Source: Marine Group II euryarchaeote MED-G33
GTDB taxonomy: Archaea; Thermoplasmatota; Poseidoniia; Poseidoniales; Thalassarchaeaceae
Direction of reading: 5' to 3'
DNA length: 45,004 nucleotides
Assembly (NCBI GenBank): GCA_949538655.1
Contig: CATISE010000082.1
Coordinates: forward strand, 1-45,004
Shown here: piece after piece, positions 1-8,911 of the stretch
How the letters are laid out: each line of letters starts with the position of its first letter
Position numbering within the stretch: the first letter of the stretch is position 1
Position numbers and translations under genes: made by a program
Notes under the pieces: model-generated
Database searches by the model: none
What the model was told of the DNA's origin: nothing
Seen by the model: only the letters and a program-made list of their open reading frames with translations

Positions 1-891
1 CCCATGTAGGTCCTCAATCCAATCATATGGTTGACCCCCCTCTTCACCCTGTTGCTGTGGTTCACAAGCCTCGATGATCAAATCAATCACCCGGTTAAAG
101 GCAGCATCAAGCCCACCTTCGTCAACTTCGTGCTCAATTTGGGGGAGAATTCCAAGTGGGTCGATTTGCCCAGATAAGTGCTGTAACCAGATCATGTGCG
201 ACAATGCATTGAATGCTCTTTCATCCATGGCGGCCTGTTCCCATAACGACCAGGGCCCTCTGGAGCCATCGAGTGGCTGAGGCAGTATTCCATACCGCAA
301 GAAGGCTTCACGGAGTCCACCCAAACGAGTGGGGTCTCGAGCAACGTGTGCATTTGCAAGTGCCTCTTCGATTACGAACCACCATTGTGGTGCAACTCTT
401 GAATCGTGTAATCGATTGCTCGATTCACGATATGTGGATCGTAAATCAGGCATCGGTTGACCTGCTGCATGCAATCGAATCATGTGGAGGCTGATTTGTG
501 CATCGACACAGTGGTGAAAGAAACAATGATCAAATCCGAAAACAAATGCAAGATCGAGTGACAATGTCGGTGCATTGGCAATTCCATCTCTTTCCATTGC
601 TGTTGCAATACTGGCTGCCCATTCGACCAACGCATCCGCATTGACATGGATTCCCCAATCGGGATCAACTTCTGGAGAATCGGTCTCAGCACGTAACAAA
701 TCTCGGTACCAGAACATGGCAAGGGCTTCATCAATCTCCCCTCCTACATCACTTCCGGGCGAAGGGGTACGTTCAGGTCGATTCAAACCGGCGAGACCAC
801 CCCCTGGAGATTCTGTTTGCCGCACAAGTTGCGCTGCACGCCGTATGTCATAAGCGATTGGCTCAAGAAGAGGCAGAGCGCGCCTTGGCAT
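1..891 (-). CDS. hypothetical protein (3' end cut by window edge)
   Basis: I translated the minus strand by hand. The frame is open from the window edge up to a stop at 952-954 (complement). It is not in the ORF track because it has no stop in the window. Candidate starts are the ATG complements at 922-924, 889-891 (MPRRALPLLEPIAYDIRRAAQLV...) and 715-717 (MFWYRDLLRAETDSPEV...). The composition looks protein-like (…FGFDHCFFHHCVDAQISLHMIRLHAAG…). I recognise no family. Confidence 0.55.
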   Translation of the reverse strand, partial: MPRRALPLLEPIAYDIRRAAQLVRQTESPGGGLAGLNRPERTPSPGSDVGGEIDEALAMFWYRDLLRAETDSPEVDPDWGIHVNADALVEWAASIATAMERDGIANAPTLSLDLAFVFGFDHCFFHHCVDAQISLHMIRLHAAGQPMPDLRSTYRESSNRLHDSRVAPQWWFVIEEALANAHVARDPTRLGGLREAFLRYGILPQPLDGSRGPWSLWEQAAMDERAFNALSHMIWLQHLSGQIDPLGILPQIEHEVDEGGLDAAFNRVIDLIIEACEPQQQGEEGGQPYDWIEDLHG

Positions 892-902
892 GAGGGCGAA
901 CC

Positions 903-3008
903 ATGCGTGACCAGATGTCATCATTCGATATCGCTCGCATGGCTCTAGACATCAATGCCTTGGCTGGTGCAAGATGCCGGAAGATGTACCAGCCTCATTA
1001 TGAACAGGTTGTCTTGCGATTGAATCCCAAAGGAATTGCAAAATGTGATTTGGTTATTGTCCGCGGCCAGCGTGTTTACTTCAGTCAAAGAGACCGTCCA
1101 ATGCCTACTCAGCCACCACAATTTGCGATGTTACTGCGAAAACATTTGTCCAATGCACGCCTGACAGGTGCTAAACAACTGGGATTTGACCGGATTCTCG
1201 TACTCGAATTTGACACAAAAAATGGTCGTCGTGATTTAATCATTGAAATGTTCAGGAATGGAAATGTCATTTTGGTTGATGAAGATGGTATCATCATCCA
1301 ACCATTGACCCATGTTACGTATGAAACTCGAACCATCAAGCGAGGCGAGGTCTATGTTGCTCCCCCTGAACCAATCGACCCTCGAAACTGGTCGGTATCC
1401 CAATTGCAAGAGACCCTCAAGGATTCCGATCGAGATTTGGTACACACATTGGCGGGAAAGATGAGTTTGGGTCGCGCTTACGCACACAATCTCTGCGTGC
1501 TTGCTGGAATTGAACCGACTCTAAATGCCACTGAAATCAAAGACGTTGACCGACTTTACGAAGCCTTCCAGGGTATGGTCGAACAAATTCAACAATCAGG
1601 CGCCTTTGCAGTTGTCAACGAATTGTTCACGCCTTCTAGTAATCCATTGGAACTCGATCTCCAAATGGAACAACATTGCGTTGAAGTTGGTCCTGTTGCC
1701 CTTTCAGGTGACACACTCACGATGGAATTCGAATCTTTGTCCACTGCGATTGATGCATGGAAAGGTGGTCACGATTCAAGTGCTCTCGCACGTCGAGAGG
1801 CCGAAAAAATGGCGGAGATTACTGCACCTGGACAAACCGATTCCGAGGCTGAGAAACTAGCTCGTCGCGAGGATCAACAGGCCTCAGCCATCGATAAACT
1901 GACAGTCAAAGGTGAGAAACAACAAAACATTGGTAAATCGATTCAGAACAATTGGGGGCACGTTGAATCTCTTCTCAATCAGGTGAAACAATCCGTAGAT
2001 GATGTTGGTTGGGATGAAACTCGTAAGGCCATCAAGAAAATTGGTTGGATTGAATCTGCAGATCCAGCTTCTCGAACCATTCGAGCCAAGTTACCAGATG
2101 AAAGTGGTGAACCGGGGCCGGCAGTCGAATTGCATCTGGATAAGTCAGTGCATCAGAATGCCCAGATTTATTTCGCCAAGGGTCGAAAGGATAAGCAACG
2201 TTCAGAAGGGGCAAAGGCCGCACTTGCTGAGACACAACAACGACAGAAAAAAGTCGACAAGAAACGCGCTAAAGATGAGGCTGCAGGACGAGTGTCCATC
2301 ACAAAGAGAACCAAGAAATTCTGGTTTGAACGGAACCGCTGGACAATGCTATCCAGCGGCCAATTGTTGGTCGGAGGACGCGATGCCAAAGGCAATGATC
2401 AGATTGTCAAGAAGCATTTGAGCGCTGCAGATTTGTATTTCCATGCTGATTTACACGGTGCACCATCCTGTTCACTGAAACTCAAGGAAGGGTTCGAAGA
2501 AGATCCGAATCCGAACCCAATGCTACCCGAGGGGGTACCCTCTTTGCGTTTGACTCAATCTCTGGATATTGAGGAACATCCCGAAGAATCACTGCCTGAC
2601 GCGGCTCAAATGGCTGTTTGTTGGTCGCGTGCTTGGGGTAGTGGAGGTGCTGCTGCCACGGCATTCCACGCCAAGCAGGGTCAAGTCAGTAAAACCACTG
2701 AATCAGGAGAATCTCTAGGTAGAGGTGGCTTTGTAGTCCGAGGGAATCGTCACTGGTACAAGGACCTCAATATCGAATTGACCCTCGGCCTGGTTTCCAT
2801 CAATGGGATTCCAATGCCCATGGTCGGTACGCATGCAGTCATCAGCGATGTATGTCAGCGCTGGATTCGTTTGACCCCTGGGACGCAGAAGAAGGAACTG
2901 GTGGCAACCAAGATTGCCAAGGCGACTGGGTTGTTGCAGGATGATGTGTTGTCAGCATTGCCCCCTGGAAACCTATCTTTGGGAGATAGTCAAGGAATAT
3001 TCGATTGA
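903..3008 (+). CDS. NFACT-family protein (archaeal Rqc2/RqcH-like; FbpA N-terminal domain plus DUF814/NFACT-R)
   Basis: 701-aa ORF. It has an FbpA/NFACT-N-like N-terminus (MSSFDIARMALDINAL…VVLRLN) and a long K/E/Q-rich coiled-coil middle. The NFACT-R/DUF814 signature is present: KKFWFERNRW…LLVGGRDAKGNDQIVKKHL…DLYFHADLHGAPSCSLK. Confidence 0.85.
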   Translation: MRDQMSSFDIARMALDINALAGARCRKMYQPHYEQVVLRLNPKGIAKCDLVIVRGQRVYFSQRDRPMPTQPPQFAMLLRKHLSNARLTGAKQLGFDRILVLEFDTKNGRRDLIIEMFRNGNVILVDEDGIIIQPLTHVTYETRTIKRGEVYVAPPEPIDPRNWSVSQLQETLKDSDRDLVHTLAGKMSLGRAYAHNLCVLAGIEPTLNATEIKDVDRLYEAFQGMVEQIQQSGAFAVVNELFTPSSNPLELDLQMEQHCVEVGPVALSGDTLTMEFESLSTAIDAWKGGHDSSALARREAEKMAEITAPGQTDSEAEKLARREDQQASAIDKLTVKGEKQQNIGKSIQNNWGHVESLLNQVKQSVDDVGWDETRKAIKKIGWIESADPASRTIRAKLPDESGEPGPAVELHLDKSVHQNAQIYFAKGRKDKQRSEGAKAALAETQQRQKKVDKKRAKDEAAGRVSITKRTKKFWFERNRWTMLSSGQLLVGGRDAKGNDQIVKKHLSAADLYFHADLHGAPSCSLKLKEGFEEDPNPNPMLPEGVPSLRLTQSLDIEEHPEESLPDAAQMAVCWSRAWGSGGAAATAFHAKQGQVSKTTESGESLGRGGFVVRGNRHWYKDLNIELTLGLVSINGIPMPMVGTHAVISDVCQRWIRLTPGTQKKELVATKIAKATGLLQDDVLSALPPGNLSLGDSQGIFD

Positions 3009-3029
3009 GTGCCGATTACGCAGGCTCTC

Positions 3030-5726
3030 TCAATCGAGCAGGTCTCCAATGTTTGGCAAATCTTGAACGATTGTTTCTACAGGTGGTTCGAGTTCGCTTT
3101 CCATTTCAATCGGTGTCGTGACTTCTGACATAGAAGGTGGTTTCATTACAGGGCTGGGTTCAGAGAACAAATCTCTCTCAAAATCAGCCATTGCTTTTTC
3201 ACGTCCATCATTTTGCTGCCTAGATTTAGAGCGAACAGCCATGATGGCTGCAACCACTCCGACATTGATTAGAAGCAGCATGGCAATCATGGCAATCGAA
3301 CCGGAATCCATCCCAAAAGTCGAACCTTGTTCTCCTGCTGAATCCGAATCCCCCTCGTCATCGTTTTCAATGGCCCCACTCTGATTTTCAGAGTTGTCAG
3401 ATACGTCCTCAAACGGTGGGAAGTAAACAGTCATCACAGCATCTTTCCACATCCCATCAATACTCACACGGGCACTCAATTGCTGTGATTCATCCTCCAT
3501 ATTGGTATAACTTTGGTAATATGTGCCATTTGCTGCACCCATGCCTTCTGAAACAATTAGTTCCCCTTCTTGTAGAATCCAATTCATTTCGCAGTTGCTT
3601 TCACAGCGAATCTCAATCGAAATATTGGCCGTTCTTGAATCACTATCGGGTGCTTCTGCCAAACCCAATTCAATCGAAAGTATGGGGCATCCATTTAGAG
3701 AACCCCTGATCAGTGGACAACCATCAACTGAATCCTTTCTTCCATCTCCATCAGTGTCCCTTTGATTCGCTGCACAGCCATCTTCATTGGTTTCAGCCAA
3801 CCATTCGGTATCTGGACATTGATCAGTATCATCGTTGGTTCCGTCCCCGTCCGAATCTCTTTCAGATGGACCACACCCATTGGTATTGACATCCATCTCT
3901 CCAAAGGGTGTGTTCGGACAAGCATCATCGATATTGTAGATTCCATCTGCATCATCATCGAGTTGAGATTCCGAACATCCAATGACATTGACCAATTCTT
4001 CACGAGGTGTATTTGGACAGGCATCGAGGTCATCAGTGACACCATCATTGTCTGAATCTAACTGGTTGTCTGCACATCCATCACCATCGATGTTATCGCC
4101 GACGTTTGTATCTGGGCAATCATCTTCAGCGTCAACGATTCCATCATCGTCTCCATCAAGTTCCCATGCGGAACATCCAATGCTGTTCACCTCCCAACCC
4201 AATTGTGTATACGGGCACTGATCAACATCATCCATCACTCCATCTTGGTCACTGTCAATTTGATTCATCGCACAACCGTCCCCATCCACGGTTAGACCCG
4301 GGTCGGTATTTGGACAGACATCTTCGTCATCGATGACCCCATCCTCATCAGTATCAGGTGGTGGGATTTCACAACCGTCCGCTCCAACCAATGAGTCTGG
4401 TAGGGTGTGTGGACATACATCGATTTGATCGGCTACACTGTCCCCGTCATAATCTGGAATTCCGATAATATGGTGGAGAAATAGAGATATGGCTCGATGT
4501 GTAGTTTCTGTTGGATGTAAATTGTCGAAGAAGATGTATTCTTCGACGTTCGGTGCAATCGGGTCATTACTGTCACAGGTAGCACCATCGTGATCACAAG
4601 CGGGGTGTGTGACATTCGTGATGCCAAAGTGTTCCCCCGAATAGTATAGCATCTCAAATCCAATCCAAATTGGAATGACATGGGTGGTGACAGCATATGT
4701 TGAATTTAGCCCCGCAGCCATCGTGCGTAATCCCGAATTGAATTCAGTCACACGTTGACCTAATTCTTGCTGATCTTGCTCCGAACTATCCCTTTCACCT
4801 GGTGTTTTTTCCAACGGAGGGAGTTCAAAGAAGATGATTTCTTGACCACCGGTTGCAATCAATTGCTCAGCGTGTTCTTCAATATCATCGACAATCCTCT
4901 GAGCATTCGTTTCCCCAAAGTTGAGAAGATCATTTCCACCGCCCCAAATGGCGGCAACATCGCCGGCGACAAGGTCGTAGTTCTGATCCCAATCATCGAC
5001 CTGTTTCCCAATGTTCTCGATGACAAAGAAGGACATCCCATTCCCCGTTCCCGCGCCCCCAAATGCACGATTATTCCCACTGGCTGCACCTCTTCCGTTA
5101 ATGTTTGATATTCCCAACCAATCAGTCGAAAAGTCTGCCCAATTCTGTCCGTTTGAGTATCTCCCTTGCCAATACGGTGGACTCTCCGGTGTTCCGAATG
5201 CGCTGTAGGTATTTCCAGAATCGGAGAGGCTATCTCCGAAGATGAACAAATTTGTGTATTGGGGTGACATAGACTCCCAGAAAACCGAAAATGGCTCTGC
5301 TACAGAAACGTCTGTCCAACCCGTGGATGAGTTCAATGTAATTTCTAGATAATACATCATCGATTCATTGGAAATATGATGTTCGCTGTACTCAAACTGC
5401 ATTGCATTTTGGGTTGCTAAAAACGGTATGATGCCGGATGAAACGGTGGTGTTGAATCCCATTTCACTCGTTTCATTGGTCGCATGTACCGTCCAATACA
5501 TCTCGTAATTACGGCCCAGTGTGAGGCCCCACAAACCGATGGTGGCTTCAAGTGGCTCACTCGATGAGAATATTCGTTGCTCAAATAGAATCGACGCGCC
5601 TTCGGAGCCCTTAGATTCGGAAGCTTGTGCAGGGATTGTAATCGACCATGACATGGCCAAAAGTGAGGCGACAATCAACAGTGAGAACCACCTCCCCATG
5701 TATGTTGGCTTGAGGCTACTCGGCAT
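3030..5726 (-). CDS. secreted/membrane-anchored SGNH (GDSL) hydrolase fused to thrombospondin type-3-like Ca-binding repeats
   Basis: Signal-like N-terminus MGRWFSLLIVASLLAMSWSITIPAQA (alternative start at 5699). SGNH blocks are FIFGDSLSDSGN, GGGNDLL and FFDNLHPT (D-x-x-H). About 8 D-x-D-x-DG-x-x-D-x-x-D-x-CP-x-T repeats follow. Near the C-terminus there is an acidic stretch, the TM helix IAMIAMLLLINVGVVAAIMAV followed by RSKSRQQ, and a ~70-aa tail. Confidence 0.85.
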   Translation of the reverse strand: MPSSLKPTYMGRWFSLLIVASLLAMSWSITIPAQASESKGSEGASILFEQRIFSSSEPLEATIGLWGLTLGRNYEMYWTVHATNETSEMGFNTTVSSGIIPFLATQNAMQFEYSEHHISNESMMYYLEITLNSSTGWTDVSVAEPFSVFWESMSPQYTNLFIFGDSLSDSGNTYSAFGTPESPPYWQGRYSNGQNWADFSTDWLGISNINGRGAASGNNRAFGGAGTGNGMSFFVIENIGKQVDDWDQNYDLVAGDVAAIWGGGNDLLNFGETNAQRIVDDIEEHAEQLIATGGQEIIFFELPPLEKTPGERDSSEQDQQELGQRVTEFNSGLRTMAAGLNSTYAVTTHVIPIWIGFEMLYYSGEHFGITNVTHPACDHDGATCDSNDPIAPNVEEYIFFDNLHPTETTHRAISLFLHHIIGIPDYDGDSVADQIDVCPHTLPDSLVGADGCEIPPPDTDEDGVIDDEDVCPNTDPGLTVDGDGCAMNQIDSDQDGVMDDVDQCPYTQLGWEVNSIGCSAWELDGDDDGIVDAEDDCPDTNVGDNIDGDGCADNQLDSDNDGVTDDLDACPNTPREELVNVIGCSESQLDDDADGIYNIDDACPNTPFGEMDVNTNGCGPSERDSDGDGTNDDTDQCPDTEWLAETNEDGCAANQRDTDGDGRKDSVDGCPLIRGSLNGCPILSIELGLAEAPDSDSRTANISIEIRCESNCEMNWILQEGELIVSEGMGAANGTYYQSYTNMEDESQQLSARVSIDGMWKDAVMTVYFPPFEDVSDNSENQSGAIENDDEGDSDSAGEQGSTFGMDSGSIAMIAMLLLINVGVVAAIMAVRSKSRQQNDGREKAMADFERDLFSEPSPVMKPPSMSEVTTPIEMESELEPPVETIVQDLPNIGDLLD
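3711..4454 (-). repeat. coding array of ~8 thrombospondin type-3-like repeats inside CDS 3030..5726
   Basis: Repeated peptide units: DYDGDSVADQIDVCPHT, DTDEDGVIDDEDVCPNT, DSDQDGVMDDVDQCPYT, DGDDDGIVDAEDDCPDT, DSDNDGVTDDLDACPNT, DDDADGIYNIDDACPNT, DSDGDGTNDDTDQCPDT, DTDGDGRKDSVDGCP. Coordinates are computed from residue numbers ~425-672. Confidence 0.8.
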
Positions 5727-5771
5727 TGAACATTGCGTCAGCGCCTATGGCGCTGCGCAAGTAAGGGGGTT

Positions 5772-8700
5772 TTACTCTAGTACAGCATCCATTGTGGTAC
5801 TACTCGCAACGACAACATCGATATCGAGATCTTGGTACTCACCTTTGCCAGTGATTCTGAACATAAGGGTGTGCCATCCGACAATCATTGCTGGGAGAAG
5901 GATTGAACTGGTCAACAGGGCGAATGTGATCAGCATCATCATCAGGAAGAAGAAATTTCTCAATCCTGGAATGTCTACCAATAGACCAGCGCCCAAACCA
6001 GCACATGTTGTCGCAGTGGTTTCAAAGATTGTTTGCCCTGTTCTCGAAACCGTTTTCACGATACCAGCCGGTGTCTCTTTTTCCTCCCTAATCCGATCAA
6101 TAATATGGATGGAATCATCGACACCTATGCCGAATACAATGGTGGATACCATTGCAGTGAACACATTGACATTCACATCTCCACTAAACATGAGGAGTGG
6201 TTGCCATAACACAACAACACCCACAGCAGTCATTGTGAAGAATGCAAGTCTCGCTGATCGGAATAGAATGGCCATCACAAATAGCAGAACAAACATGGTC
6301 ATGACCGTGGCATCTGTTTGTGCATCGTGAACTCCTTTGTTGATGTCGAGTGAAAGCGGCAAACCACCAGTCAATTCACTGACTTCCACCGCTGGAAGTG
6401 ATGGGAATCCCGCCGAGAGCAAACCATCGATTTCATTTCGCAAAGCACCAGCATCACGGAGATTGATATACGGTTGATTCACATAAACGAGTGTCTGCGT
6501 CTCCCCACCAACCATTTCGTTTGCCTCATTCATCAGCATTGAACGAATTTCCACAGATAGTGTATCGAAAGCAACGTTCACCATCTGTGGTTGACTTGAA
6601 CCCAAATACGGCAAACATTCTGGATGTAATACATCGCTGAAGTCAGGACTTTTTGTGATATTCCAGCATTCATCATGCAGGATTTCCCACAGGCTCTGCG
6701 CCTCAACACCAGGGATGCCTAGATCGACGTGAACAGCTTTCAGAATCGTGACCAAACTTACAGTAGTAGTTTCAGGGACATCATCTATTTTTTCTTCCAT
6801 TGTTGAAATAGAATCGAGTACATCCAAATCTCTGATTGGGGCTGAATTTTCCCCTGTATGCTCTGTTGCATCGACAATGAACATATTTGTTTGACCGCCT
6901 TCAAACACTCTACTGTATTCAGCCAAAGTTTGGTAGGATTCCAGTCCTGGTGGGACTTCATCGGAGGAACCGGTGATGTCGTCACCCATTGTATCTGCCA
7001 TCATGTATAATCCTCCGGCGCTGACCAAGAAAGCAACCAAAATGACAGCCCACCAACCAACGACTGGAACTTGGCCAATCTTTTTCCATACCTTATCTGC
7101 TGATTCTAATCCTTTCTTTCGGTAACGTAGAACCCATCCGAGAACAGGGACCATCACCATCGAGAAAAAGAAGGTACATGCGATTCCAAGGACCAGTGTC
7201 AGACCCACGGTTCGCATGGGCTTGATGGGGACAAGGAATGGCCAAGCGAGGACGCTGAATCCAACGATTGTCGTCAATGCAGAAAGGAGAATCGCGTTTC
7301 CTGTTGTCATCACTGCATCAACTGTGGCGCCGAGATATACATCAGCATCCCATGGGTCAAGATCTTCTGCTTGCAATCCTTCTCGTTGCTTTCTCCATGC
7401 ATCTTCAGCAGCTTCTTCCAAGCGCTCATTACGCCCTTCCTCGATTCGGTTGATGAGGTGGAGGGCATAATCGACACCGAGTCCGATGAGGATCGGCCCT
7501 GCTGCAATAATCATCGGTGTCAATTCGATATCAGCCATGACTGTAATGCCAAATGTCACGGCCAAACTCATGACGATTGGTGTGCCACAAATAATCAGCA
7601 CCTTCGGATTTCGATGAAGGATAAACATCGTCACAGCAACGAATGCGAGTGACCAAGGGAGCATATATTCGAGCTGTTCGTAAACAGCATCCGATACATC
7701 ATGCAGAACTGGGGTGAGGCCAGTGACGGTAATCGCACACCGACTGTACACCTCACCTTCATCATTGCACGGAGATTCTGGAGTTCTCCATTCCCGCTCA
7801 CCAGTGTCTTCATTTTCGTACAACATGGGTGAAAGTTCCTCTTCGTAATCATGTTTACAAAGAGGGCAAATTTCAGGGTCAGATTCATCGTAAACTAGTT
7901 TCTTTGTGTATTCAAGAAATGCTTTGTGGTCCTTGATAGTCTCCCCAACTTCTCCCTTGAAATCTACCCTAGCATCAATTTGAGTTCCTTCCATTTCGAA
8001 CCGAATTCCCATGACGATAACAGCGGTGTCCCAAATCCCATCTCCGTTGGTATCTCGGACGAAGGATTCCATCAAACTACCAGAATTTTCGACCATTTCA
8101 TTGACAGTATCTTGGTTCTGAGGGATGACATATCCGTCGTTTGGACTTGCTGTGGTAATCGGGCAATCCTGTAGATTGAATCCAGCGACACCATGCTCTT
8201 CCATCGCACATCTGAATCGGTTTTGAGCACTGTTCTCTTCCTTGATAATTTGAGCAGGAGATAAGACCCAAACGACCCCATCATTTCGACCGCGATCCTC
8301 CTTGTCCCAATCCAACCCTCTGGCATAATTGCCTTGACCACTGTCATCATCACCCTCAAGATATGACAATTGATTGAGAACTGTGACACTGGTCACATTA
8401 TGTTCGCAATTATCGATTTCCTCGCATGTCCCTCTCGTAGCCCCATGGATTGCATTATCAGTATGAATGTAGAGCATTACAATATCTGTGGACCACCCTT
8501 CACGAACTTCGAGAAGCAAATCCTTTGATTCAGCACCATCGGGTAAATAGACCTCAACATCACCATTGATCTGGTACTGGAAATCAACGGAGTATTGCCC
8601 AATAAACCCGGTGACGAGCAGTAAGATGACAATCACAGCACCAGGGGACTTGTGTAGGGCTCGGTAGATTCCGCGGACCGGCTTTTCGATGGCATCCTGT

Positions 8701-8840
8701 GTCACTTCGCCGGCTGAATCCAAACGATCAGTCCAACCCGCCCACAATGTTCGCAAACGGGTAAACAACGAGTCGTCTGGACCGATTGGAAGGATGGTTG
8801 CCGATGGTTCAATATCAGCCGAGTCGGACCCGCTCATCAC
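5772..8840 (-). CDS. RND-superfamily / MMPL-domain membrane transporter (paralog 1)
   Basis: 1022 aa. The topology is internally duplicated: a TM helix, a large extracytoplasmic loop, then a 5-TM bundle, all twice. MMPL/SSD-type motifs occur once per bundle: GLGVDYALHLINRIEEG and GIGVDDSIHIIDRIREE. Confidence 0.8.
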   Translation of the reverse strand: MMSGSDSADIEPSATILPIGPDDSLFTRLRTLWAGWTDRLDSAGEVTQDAIEKPVRGIYRALHKSPGAVIVILLLVTGFIGQYSVDFQYQINGDVEVYLPDGAESKDLLLEVREGWSTDIVMLYIHTDNAIHGATRGTCEEIDNCEHNVTSVTVLNQLSYLEGDDDSGQGNYARGLDWDKEDRGRNDGVVWVLSPAQIIKEENSAQNRFRCAMEEHGVAGFNLQDCPITTASPNDGYVIPQNQDTVNEMVENSGSLMESFVRDTNGDGIWDTAVIVMGIRFEMEGTQIDARVDFKGEVGETIKDHKAFLEYTKKLVYDESDPEICPLCKHDYEEELSPMLYENEDTGEREWRTPESPCNDEGEVYSRCAITVTGLTPVLHDVSDAVYEQLEYMLPWSLAFVAVTMFILHRNPKVLIICGTPIVMSLAVTFGITVMADIELTPMIIAAGPILIGLGVDYALHLINRIEEGRNERLEEAAEDAWRKQREGLQAEDLDPWDADVYLGATVDAVMTTGNAILLSALTTIVGFSVLAWPFLVPIKPMRTVGLTLVLGIACTFFFSMVMVPVLGWVLRYRKKGLESADKVWKKIGQVPVVGWWAVILVAFLVSAGGLYMMADTMGDDITGSSDEVPPGLESYQTLAEYSRVFEGGQTNMFIVDATEHTGENSAPIRDLDVLDSISTMEEKIDDVPETTTVSLVTILKAVHVDLGIPGVEAQSLWEILHDECWNITKSPDFSDVLHPECLPYLGSSQPQMVNVAFDTLSVEIRSMLMNEANEMVGGETQTLVYVNQPYINLRDAGALRNEIDGLLSAGFPSLPAVEVSELTGGLPLSLDINKGVHDAQTDATVMTMFVLLFVMAILFRSARLAFFTMTAVGVVVLWQPLLMFSGDVNVNVFTAMVSTIVFGIGVDDSIHIIDRIREEKETPAGIVKTVSRTGQTIFETTATTCAGLGAGLLVDIPGLRNFFFLMMMLITFALLTSSILLPAMIVGWHTLMFRITGKGEYQDLDIDVVVASSTTMDAVLE

Positions 8841-8881
8841 CCCGTCGAACCACCATTTGATATTGAAGGGCTCGGATAGCA

Positions 8882-8900
8882 GAGGTCCCTATGGGACCTC
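8882..8900. terminator. perfect 8-bp stem / 3-nt loop hairpin between the GT2 stop and the RND start
   Basis: GAGGTCCC-TAT-GGGACCTC read directly from the sequence. It lies in the 71-bp spacer between two co-directional minus-strand genes. There is no adjacent T-tract, so a terminator role is uncertain. Confidence 0.25.
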
Positions 8901-8911
8901 AAACGATTGAT

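Noticed and set aside
5521-6330. 269-aa plus-strand ORF overlapping the 3' part of the RND gene and the 5' end of the GDSL gene.
   Set aside because: It lies entirely within or against much longer minus-strand genes that have clear family motifs. Its composition is Ser/Thr/Arg-rich and low-complexity. It is a shadow ORF.
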